From Lama glama (lineage: Eukaryota): DNA of 64,000 bases. Location of the stretch: NCBI GenBank assembly GCA_028534125.1, contig CM052816.1:29576001-29640000 (forward strand), given 5' to 3'. Each line of letters starts with the position of its first letter. The stretch's first letter is position 1. The translations under genes and the position numbers were made by a program. This document shows, piece after piece, positions 26,161 through 36,152 of the stretch. The notes beneath the pieces were generated by a model. The model searched no databases. It saw nothing but the letters and a program-made list of their open reading frames with translations, and had not been told where the DNA came from.

Positions 26161-29100
26161 GTTCAATTACTGTAATTCACATATTAACAAAATGAAGAAG
26201 AAAAAAATAAATGGGCTGTGCATGATTTCAAAATGGTCCACCTGCTACTAAATTCTTAAAGAAATGTAATCCATCTACTTGATATTAAATAAAAACCTAG
26301 GATGTAATATTACATAATCTAAACCAAAATCTAAAACTAGATTTATACATTCTTCTAAAATAAACTGTTCTCAAAAATTCATTTCAAGGTGCCCTATTAT
26401 TATCAAAACAGTAGGAAGAGAACTGGTTTATTAAATAAATGGCCATACCACCTGAGCTTCAAAATTAATATACATATATTACAATTGTTACACTAGCTGT
26501 TTCTGTCAAAAGATCTGTAGCGAGAATAAACTATTAATTAGCAATGAAAATTAAACTGACAAATGAAAATCCTTTTATTAGGCACATGTAATGTTAGGCT
26601 GAATAATTCTGAGAATATACAAGGTACACAGAAAGAACTGAGTTCATATTGTGCTACCAAGCCTATAACTGCAAAGTGATTTTTAACTTTAAATTTTGGC
26701 AGAAAACCTTCTCAAATATTCTAAATTTCAAAAGTTACCCAGGTTGTAAAAGTCAGCATTCTATTTTGGAAATCCTGCGATTTCTGTTAAAAACTTAAGA
26801 TTTCCTGTTTTCACTGTTTTGTTTTAACTAACCATAACAGGTATATATATCCCAAAGAATTTCTTCCTGGTATACTTCCTGGTGAAATGCTTTGGTTGGC
26901 ATGTTATAATTAACAGTATTCTCTTTTTTTAAAATGCAGCGTTAACTATTAGTATTATTTCAATAATCTTAAAGGTGCCTTAATACTATTTAAAACATAA
27001 TATTTTAAAAATAGGCCAAATATTTAAAAAGAAGTCCAATTTGTACTCATAATGGCATATGAGCACCACAAAAATCATTCTCTTTCTCCAGATGCAAACA
27101 GTATTAAGCTTTCCCTTTCTGTATTCTCTCCACCTACAAACATTCACGTGCTTCTCCAAACAAAACAAAACAAAACAAATAGTTAAACAAAAAGTTAAAG
27201 GATGCTGACTATTACAGAAAGCTGAGGAAGGAGAATGCTAATTCACACTCTATTTCTCTACCAACACTCAGATAGCTGCAGTCAGTGTTTTTGACTTCTA
27301 ACCTGGGACCCCTTGGCTGGGAACACTCGAGTTTTCTAATACAATAGGGAGTCCGGAGTTAGTACATATTTGCTATATCTTGTATAGCATAGGTATTTAA
27401 ATTCCAAACTAGAGACAAGAAGTTCTAAATATTAACACAATCTGTCTCTTGGAAATTATCTCCCTTTCCATTTCATTCAAAACATAATTTCAGCACTAAG
27501 TATGGACAATCTATTTTATATTAAAGCACATGTCATGCACAGACATATTAGAAAAATCTAGATTCTAATTAACTATGCCTGTTTTTAACTTATTATTTGT
27601 CTTTTACAACTAAAGTATTTTTTAATCTAGAAACAAAAGTTGTCAACAGATCAGGACCAGGTTAGTCATATACTTTCATTGAAAAAAACAGTAAGAAACT
27701 AACAAGGAAAAAAGGAGTAAAGGAAGAATTCACGTACATAAAGAAAAAAATTAAGAATTTTCGCTTAGTGTAAATAAAATCTCTCCTGGTTGCTTATCTG
27801 ATATTTATGGTAAAATGCGTAACAACTGACTTTGAAAAAAAAAATTTTTAACTAACTGAAGTATTTTATTTGGACTCAAATCTGAATTATTAAAGATATT
27901 TTTTAAAACAGCAATTTTTAAATATATTGCAATAAGGCTTTATCCACCCATTATTCATTAATTCAACCAGTATTTATCAAGCACTTTTTATATGCTAGGC
28001 ATTAGAATAAATTTAACCTTTATAATAATTGATATTTTTAAGGGTTTTACAGGTACTAAGCAATGAATGTAACCATTTTTCATGTAACAATCCTATGAAT
28101 TTCTTCGTTAGCCCATTTAACAGATGAGAAAAAAAGGAATTCAAAAAAATGTAAAACAACCAGTCCATGGAAATACAACTAAAAGGAACTAGGCTGGAAA
28201 ACAAATTCAGGTAATTATAATTAGGTGACATCAGTCCCTTTAGACTGTTCTAGCCACTCACAATGAAACTGTGGCAGACACACACTAGGCAAGACAAAGT
28301 TAATGATACAGTGAAAGGGCAAATAAAGTACTATGAAAGTATAAGAGACATGGTCACTGCCTACTAGAAGCTTTCTTAAGAGAAAAGTTAAAGTAGTTTG
28401 ATGCCAGTTTAAGTACTACAAAATGTTTCCAATACTTAGCTATACTAACTATATCAGTAATTGCATATTTTAAAATCTAGAACCCATGAGAAATAGCTTT
28501 CAATTTCATTTCAATTTAAAACCTGTCAGACTGTATTCAGGAAATAGGATCTTCTCTCTTGTAATCTTTCAAAACAAGAATAAATAAGTTATCTGCAAAC
28601 ACGCAATGGGAGGAACTATAAACACAAGTCTGTCTTTAAAGAAGGCATAATGTACCAGGAAAAACAAAATGATTCCTCAAGTGGGCCTGCAAGAGGAAGA
28701 TTTCATGTTCCTACCTCAAGTAAAACTGGAATTTAGAGTTTTTTTAGTCTGCACAAACCATCTACCATTAATGTTTGCTCTCTTCCTATGAAATAAAAAG
28801 AAGCAAAAAACAAAAGAGGTTAAAAGAAAACTCAAGGAGTAAATAATAGATTCTTTTTAGAAAAAAGGATGATTTCAAGAGAGAAAAATTAAAGATGTCC
28901 AGGAGACTGAGGGCCAGAAACTTAGTTTATAATGGAAATGTCAGTGTAATGCTCAAGAGTCAGGGATGGATTAGCTGCAAAGGAAAAAGGTGATTGTTAA
29001 TAAACTACCACCAAAATTATAGAGAGCTGGGATCTCTTTATACTAAACAATAACAATAACAATTTCTTTTTATTTTTACCGTATTAACTGGACTGCTTCC

Positions 29101-30848
29101 AGAGATCTGGGAGAAGTCTGTAGTAGGCTTGGTGAGAGATGATTAAAGCCTGGTCTATGGAAATACACTTGAAAATTCAGTAGAAATGAACAACAAGCTA
29201 CATGGTGGTGTAGGATGATCATATCTTTGGCACATTAACTCACCTCTCCTTTAAAATAACAGAAGCATTCATCAAGATTTTACATACACATAGAAGGATA
29301 ATCTAGGTGTATAAATAGGCCAACATATCAAAGTTCACCCCACTGCTTAAAGAGATTCCGAAAGCCTTCTTAGAAAAAGCTGTTAGAAATTACACTGGGG
29401 GAAGCACTCACTTAACTTTAGATGTCAGAGAATGTAATGTTACCATCCTACAATATCCCACTAGAAAAATCTCCTTAGAATGCTCTTTACCACCTACCTC
29501 TAAATAGCAACAGCAGTGAGCAATGTTCAACTGCAGGGAGACTACAGTGCTCACTGAGACCTTCAGAATTCACTCTTCTGAGTACTGAGGCTAGGTTAAC
29601 ATTAGAATCAGAATCTCTAAAACTGCTGTCAAGTGCAAGCTAAGGTGTACGTAAGACACTGTATACGGAAGGTACAAACTATTTGATAATAAAGTACTTG
29701 GTTGGCACAGATCTAAAAGTACAATTCAGGCATTAAATACCTACATCAGGTAAAATAATGACTACTAGTTTTTCTATTACTTATTCCGACTGACAAAGGC
29801 GACAAAATAGTCAAAAGCAGATGAGAAGAAAACCTGGTAAGCTCTTTGTTTCACTTATTTACGCACAATTAAGTTTTACTTTTAATCTCAACTAAGAGAT
29901 ATCTATCAAGGTGTAGCAAAAACCATGAGCACTGTAAATATATTTAGATAAAGGGTACTCACTTATGGCTTGAAATTTTTATGAAAACTATAGTTAAAGC
30001 AGAGAATGTCACTGTACTGGTAAGTAGCCTGTAGTCTAGGGCCCTCTTCTTTCCAGTATCTTGGGAAAACCAATGAAATTCAAGTCTCTTTAGTAAAACT
30101 TAACCTGGAATCACCACTACATAGCAAAGAGCAGTTTCACTGAAAAACAGTGGTGCAACTTTTAGTAATTAATCTGAACAATCTAAGATAAATAAGTTTC
30201 CCAGAACTACTATACTGTTACATATGGAATTCAAAGAATGGCAGGAGTCAACTCTTTACAAACTTTTTTTCTTTCCGAAGTTACTAGTCAGTGAATTTGG
30301 AAGAAAAATAAATGAAAAGCACTGTTTTCACTATATTTTTACTCAGCGCTGCTGGTTGATACAGCAAACAATTAGTAACTGTTTTAAGACACCAACTCTT
30401 TTTAACTACAGAGATACTTGGCTTTAACTTTGAATAAGAAATGAAACCAATCCCAACTATTCCCAAATGTGACAACTAGAGCCTATGGAATGGGGCAATA
30501 AAAAAGCCCCACGTACATTACACAATTCTTGGATAAACGACTTTGGTAAACCATCCCAGCCCAAGGACGTCAGATCTAAAACTTAAAAATCCTACAAAAC
30601 ATTCTAACTTCCGAATTCAGGCTCTGTACATTAAGGACACCAATGACCGAAGCGTTACTGCCTCCATGGTTCTCAAACGCCAGGTCCCCGGGCCCTTAAG
30701 GGCAGGGACATCCATGGGGGGGGGGGGCGTGGGGCCCCCCGTGAGGGCAACGAGGCTTTCTTGCCCTCTGTCCGTCATTCTGGGCCGAGCTCGGCTGACT
30801 CAGAGGCGCGGACTCGCCACCGGCGACACGGAAGCCTCCCTCACTCAC

Positions 30849-30935
30849 CGTGAAGCGCTGGTCGCCGACGCTGCCCACGGAGAAGCAGTGGTCGCCGGGG
30901 TTCACAGCCCCGGTCAGCACCTGGTGCAGGTTCAT
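30849..30935 (-). CDS. DMXL1: DMXL1 coding exon 1 (MNLHQVLTGAVNPGDHCFSVGSVGDQRFT)
   Basis: ATG at 30935 in the context GAC ATG A, inside a CpG island. The 87 nt (29 codons) match the recalled DMXL1 N-terminus. Donor ACG|GTGAGT, phase 0. Confidence 0.97.
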
Positions 30936-30944
30936 GTCGACGCC

Positions 30945-30977
30945 TTAGTCCAGCAACGGACGCCGCGTCCGGCTCAT
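30945..30977 (-). other. upstream ORF MSRTRRPLLD* in the DMXL1 5' UTR
   Basis: Reads GGC ATG AGC CGG ACG CGG CGT CCG TTG CTG GAC TAA. Same frame as the main ATG, with the stop 9 nt upstream of it. Confidence 0.75.
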
Positions 30978-31422
30978 GCCCTGGGTCAAGTCGCTTCCCT
31001 CCCTCTCTCTCTCTCAGGGGCGGCGGCCACTCTTGGGAGGCGCCAGGCGCCAGAAGCCGGAGCCGCTCCACTGCGGCCCGCAGCTCATCCCGAGGCCCCA
31101 CGGGCGAGGCCCGAAGGGGGCGGGCCGGCGAGCGGGCGGAGCGCCGCGCTCGTCCGAGCACCTGTCACAGCCCCCGTGGGCCCAGGTGAAGCTCGGGGTC
31201 GACCCAGCGGCCGCGACCCCGGCCCGACTCACCGGCCAGGAAGGCCGCGAGGTCCACAACACTTCCTCCGGGCTCCGGGCGGCGGGCTCCGATCGAGCCC
31301 AAGCGGCATAAGCGACACACGCTCGCCCTCCCCACCTGACCTGGCCCTTCCCGGCTCCGGTGCCTGCCACCCCGACTGGCCTTGGCGGCTCACTACGCGT
31401 CGCTAGGTCCCTTCTGCCCAAA

Positions 31423-31432
31423 TATCGCGAGA
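31423..31432. promoter_or_regulatory. CGCG element (TMTCGCGAKA; BANP/ZBED1-type motif)
   Basis: TATCGCGAGA matches the established CpG-island motif and is followed by a second half-site TCTCGC (31435-31440). Confidence 0.65.
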
Positions 31433-31526
31433 TCTCTCGCAGCGATGAGGACTACTGCGGTAAAAGATTCTTTTACCACAGTACAGAGACCGGCAAGTGA
31501 GAAACGCCTCTTCGGGGAGATGTTGG

Positions 31527-31582
31527 CCAATCCCGAGCCCCAGTCCACTTAGGGCTCCGCCCACCACTGAGGACAGACCAAT
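31527..31582 (+). promoter_or_regulatory. two CCAAT boxes (31527-31531, 31578-31582) flanking an Sp1-type GC box (CTCCGCCCA, 31555-31563)
   Basis: ggCCAATccc, gaCCAATctc and CTCCGCCC seen directly; an arrangement typical of NF-Y/Sp promoters. Confidence 0.6.
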
Positions 31583-31762
31583 CTCTTTGAGGCCTGTGAG
31601 CGACGCTGTGCGTTTGAATGTTGAACGTAGGGAGTCTGGTAAAACAAAAAGAGCCTTGAGTGAGGCCAGGTTTGTCAAATTATGCTTTAGGTTTGGCCAG
31701 AAAGCTTAAAAGGGAGAAGTGAGTTAAAAATGCCGTTGCAGGGTGTCCTCGGTCCTGATGGA

Positions 31763-31782
31763 GACTACAAGTCCCAACAAGC
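31763..31782 (+). promoter_or_regulatory. ZNF143/THAP11-type motif (ACTACAnnTCCCA)
   Basis: GACTACAAGTCCCAACAAGC matches the long ACTACAnnTCCCAnnAnGC consensus. Confidence 0.75.
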
Positions 31783-33484
31783 ACCGCTCCCCTCGGCCGC
31801 CCGTGAGTACTCCGAGTGAGTGTGGACTTTGAAGCCTCTCTGCCCTCGCGCTGTGTTTACTCTGGCAGCACGCGCGTTTTCAGTCCGCTAAAACAGAAAA
31901 TTTTGAAAGGCTTAAACACTTGACAAGTACTAAAATGAAATGTTTTCACCTAAGTTTACCATAACGTTCGTTTTGAAGTAGTGCTGGTTGTAATAATACA
32001 CCAGCCGTGCGTTGAGCTGCTGTTTTTAAATGCTCAGTGTCACAGTTTCCCCTGTGAGATTCAACTTTCGTTGTATTTTGACACAAGTTTTGTATTATTA
32101 TTGATAAACATCTGCTTATGTTTCCTCTCAAATACGGTAAACCTCTTAGGGACAGACTGTCCTGTATCCCAAGTGTCTAGCGCAGTGACCTTTCTAGCCT
32201 AGATGTTGAGTAAATCTTAAATGAGTGAATACAAATAGGAACTCTCCAGTTAAAAAGAGAATTTTTTTTAAATTTCTAAATTGATTTTGATTTTTATATA
32301 CTTTTGTTATGGTTAAAAAAAAAACAAACCTTCACACCAATACTTGGATGGGAAGAGTACTAGCAGTTTTATGTCCTTTGGCTTTCCCTAAGTTTTTTGC
32401 GATGTGCATTTACTTTGTTTTGCAATTTTAAAAAAGTTACTTAAATAATAAGTTTGTCATCTCCGTTTTTTAATTTGAAAAATGTAAATGAATGCCATTA
32501 TCTCAGTCTCCTCATAAAAATGAGGCATTTAAAATCTAACTTGTCTTTAAAAAAAACTTTTATTGAAGTCTAACATATTTAGAGTTTAATTTGTCTAATC
32601 CAATCTAATTATTAATTTCGATTTTATTTAAGGTGGCTTTAAGTTAGTTTTATATTTTAGATCTTAAATCAAGATATTACATGTTCCACATAAATTCGGT
32701 GTCTAGCCCAAAGTTTTTTCATTCTTTTCTGACCAGCTTTTGGTTTTGAAGGGCATGCGGTATATATAGAAGAATGAAAGAAACTAAGGGACCTAGTAGT
32801 TAGGAAATCTGAGATTTACTCCTAATCTCGTATTTGTTGTACGATCTTGGAAAATAACTTTGACTGTTTTTCTCATCTGTAAAATTAGCAAGTTTGAGTT
32901 AACTGTCAACATTTTGCTTGGCATTTTTATTCCTAATAAACATCTGTTAGTTTTTATTAAATTCCTTCATCCTTAAGACAGACTGAGTTTTAATCTTGGC
33001 CTAACCACTCATTTAGACAAGTTACTAATCTCTCTGCTTTACTTTCCTTATCTATGAAGAAGGGATAGTAGTAGACTTTCTTCATATAATTGTCATGAAG
33101 ATTAAATGAACACATAGAATTCAATAGATGTTAGCTACTATTGTTATCATTATTATTATTATTAAATAAACCTAACCTTTTGACATATTCTTACTTTTTC
33201 CAAAGTTTTCCAAATAGTGTCAAACCTTAGTCCAAATCAAAATTTCCAGGAATGTTTGAGCCTGCCACAAATGTTCTGAGGCCATCATGGTCTGTATCCC
33301 AAACTGTGGGACTACAGAACAATAGCTAATGAAAAGTGAGAGCATTCTTTTGCCTCTTATTGATCTGAAACACTTCTACTACTTTATTAAATTGTCCATT
33401 AAACAACCTATCTTTGATGTACAGCAGATGAACTGTTCAAGTGACACAACTACATGCTTGTAATTTATCTATTTCTTCCTCTAC

Positions 33485-33782
33485 AACTTGGCCTACTGTC
33501 TAGTTTTATACAGTCCTTGAGCTGAAAATGGCTTTTACATTTTTAAATGGTTGAAAAAATCAATTTAAGAAATTATTTTATGATACATAAAAAATATATG
33601 AAATTGCCATGTCCATAAGTGAAATTTTATTGGAACACAGCAATGCATAGTCAATTAAGTATTGTCTGTGGCTGCTTTCACACTACAACTGCAGAGTTGA
33701 GTAGTTTCAACAGAAACCATATACCCTGTGATAAAAATTTATACTATTTGGCCCTTTAGAGAAAAAGTTTGCCAACCCCTAA
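33485..33782. mobile_element. MER58-like hAT relic
   Basis: gagctgaaaatggcttttacatttttaaatggttgaaaaaatcaa..ttttattggaacacagc..tactatttggccctttagagaaaaagtttgccaacccct. Confidence 0.8.
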
Positions 33783-35097
33783 TGTGTAGGAAAGATTCTT
33801 TAATATTCTATGATCTTTGAAATAGTTTTCGCTAAGCAGAATGATTGTTGCACTGCATGACAACGCAGCTTAATTAGTAAAATGTATAATGTTAATGATT
33901 ACACAAGCATCTTTAAATACACCCATTGTATCCCTTATTTCCCAGTATTTATCATAGCACAGAGTAGATACTAATAGTTAAGTGCAAGTATGAATAGAGA
34001 CAGGACTTACTTACATATATATAAAGAGTCCCTGAAGGACTACCCTGGGTAAGTGGCCATAGACAATCTCTTTGCTTTCAAACTCCTTTTCTTCATAGAT
34101 CACCCCCTCATGTCACTCACCTCCCCTTAACAAGGCTCTATCCAATCCTAAATCCAGTCCTGACTTCTTATGCAACTTGAGCAAACTCTGACCTTGTGGC
34201 AGAATTACTAAGATAAGGAAATGGAGGAGATGAAAGTAAATTATACATGTTTGCCTTTCATCCTCCCCTTCTTGTCCCCTTCTGCCCAGAGGCCACAAAT
34301 CTACCTCCTAACACAAAAAGTCCAGGAGAATTCTTGAATATAATTACTCCCTGAACTGTAATTAAATTTTGTCATTCTGTTCTTTGAATATGGAAAGCCT
34401 GGGTGCTTTTTTTTTTTTCCTTTTGTTTCTTTCATGCTTTTTTTTCCTGTAGTTTCTTTAGTGTTATTCTTCAGCTGTATTACTAAGAAATAAAAGAGGA
34501 AGGATGGTTCTAAAAAAGGAAATAAAATCCTTCTTTTTTAATAAAATTCTGTATATTTTGCCTTAATTCTAGCAGCAGAATCTCTTAGAAAACCAAGTAC
34601 TATTTTTTTTAGGGACTAGCAGGCCAAAGAGAAGTTAATGCTCTCTTCAGTGCTAGTCTTAAAGGGAAAGGGGGACTTTATCAGGTGATGACAGTGTAAA
34701 GAAAAGCAAACAGGCTAAACCCTACGATTCTTGGGGGTGGAAAGGAGCATATAGGAAGCCAGCTCAGATGAAGAAGTAGTCATGACTCTTCCTTATTAGT
34801 TTATTTCCTGAAATCCTTGTCATTACCTTCCTCCCTGCCACCCTCATCCTAAATTCATCAGTATAAATCCCTACCCTCCCAGGGCCTGTGCCAAGGGAGC
34901 CACCAACAGGGGCTTCAGTCCTCACTGCCAACACCCAATAGATGAAGGAGGTTAGAAGTAAAGGGAGTCTCTAGTCCCATAACTAAGGCTAAATCAGAGG
35001 GACTGTGTTGCTGAAATTTCACACAAGCATTCTGAACTCCTTATCTCATAAAAATAATGTGAGGGTCTCTGTGTCTCTAAGATATTGACTGCCCCAC

Positions 35098-35135
35098 ACC
35101 CAGCTAGTTCAGTCGGTAGAGCATGAGACTATTAA
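35098..35135 (+). pseudogene. 5'-half tRNA-Lys(CTT) retrocopy (tail-less retropseudogene) with 19-bp TSD
   Basis: ACCCAGCTAGTTCAGTCGGTAGAGCATGAGACTATTAA matches the recalled tRNA-Lys-CTT 5' end GCCCGGCTAGCTCAGTCGGTAGAGCATGAGACTCTTAA at 34/38. It is flanked by TAAGATATTGACTGCCCCA at 35078-35096 and 35133-35151. Confidence 0.85.
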
Positions 35136-36152
35136 GATATTGACTGCCCCAGAAACCTGCCTGTGCTGCCAACAGCAATCTTGCTACAGAAAATCCATCA
35201 GTAATATTATAGGTTAAATAGATATTTGAGCACTGATTAGGACCCTAACCATCATCTGTAATATTGTTACTATAGAAAAATTAATTCCAGTACCTCTAAA
35301 ATTTGAAGATTGCCATTAAATACTCTTGGTTCACCCTCTTTTCTCAGCTGAGGGTTCTCATAAACATTTAAAGGGAAATTACTTATAAAAGCTACTCTTT
35401 ATTAAACACCCACTCTACACTGTGATAGGTATTTTGTTCATCTCACTTAAGTTTCAACAACCCTGTGAAGGTAGAATCTCTGTTTTACAAATGAAGAAAC
35501 CTAAACTCAAAGAAATTAATTAACTTGCCCAAAGTCACATTAGATTTATGGTGTATCACCAACCAAAGATACGAATTTACATCTTTTGGGCTGCAAAGGC
35601 CCTCCTAATGTTCTTCAAAGATGCCTGAATCCCAAAGTGTATGTAGTTAAAGCCTACTACTTACTCTTTACCTGGTAAGGTGAGAAGAGACAGGTGAAGT
35701 GAATTGACTTATTTGAATTAGGTCTTCAGGGCTTCTCTAGTAGGAAGAACCATTTTCCCAAAACAGTTTTCTCTTCCCCTTTCTCAAGATAGAAGGGAAG
35801 CTTACCTCCTTACCTTGACACATGCCCAAACTATAAAAGCCAGCCTCTATGAAAAGGCGAAATAAACATCTCCAACCAGAAAACTCTCTGATACACAGCC
35901 ATTATAGGTATTCACTTGGTTTAAGACAAATACTTCTAGAGATGTTTTGGAACTGCCAATAAGTCACATACATCTACTGGGGCTTTAGTCAGATTATGAC
36001 TCTTAACACCTACTGCAGTTTTCATTAGAGGGAAGCAGAAGTTAAGAGATGGAAAGGAGAGGCCATGTAGAAGATAAAAGCAGAGAGTTTTGTTTAGCCA
36101 GGAGCAACTTGAGAGAAAAATGGGCCCTGGGATAGAAATGAAGAGGAGTAAC

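Larger units (their letters stand above)
30640..31880. promoter_or_regulatory. CpG island promoter / 5' UTR of DMXL1 (probably bidirectional); boundaries approximate
   Basis: Abrupt rise in GC and CpG density against an AT-rich background, spanning exon 1 and upstream sequence. Confidence 0.92.

Noticed and set aside
30696..30848. Continuation of the exon 1 ORF (VSEGGFRVAGG..) to 79 aa
   Set aside because: Read-through of the GTGAGT donor into intron 1; DMXL1 similarity resumes only in exon 2.
30543..31406. 287-aa plus-strand ORF, the longest in the track
   Set aside because: It has a non-ATG start, is Pro/Arg/Gly/Ala-rich and lies antisense across the CpG island. This is the expected stop-poor shadow of GC-rich DNA, with no recognisable domain.
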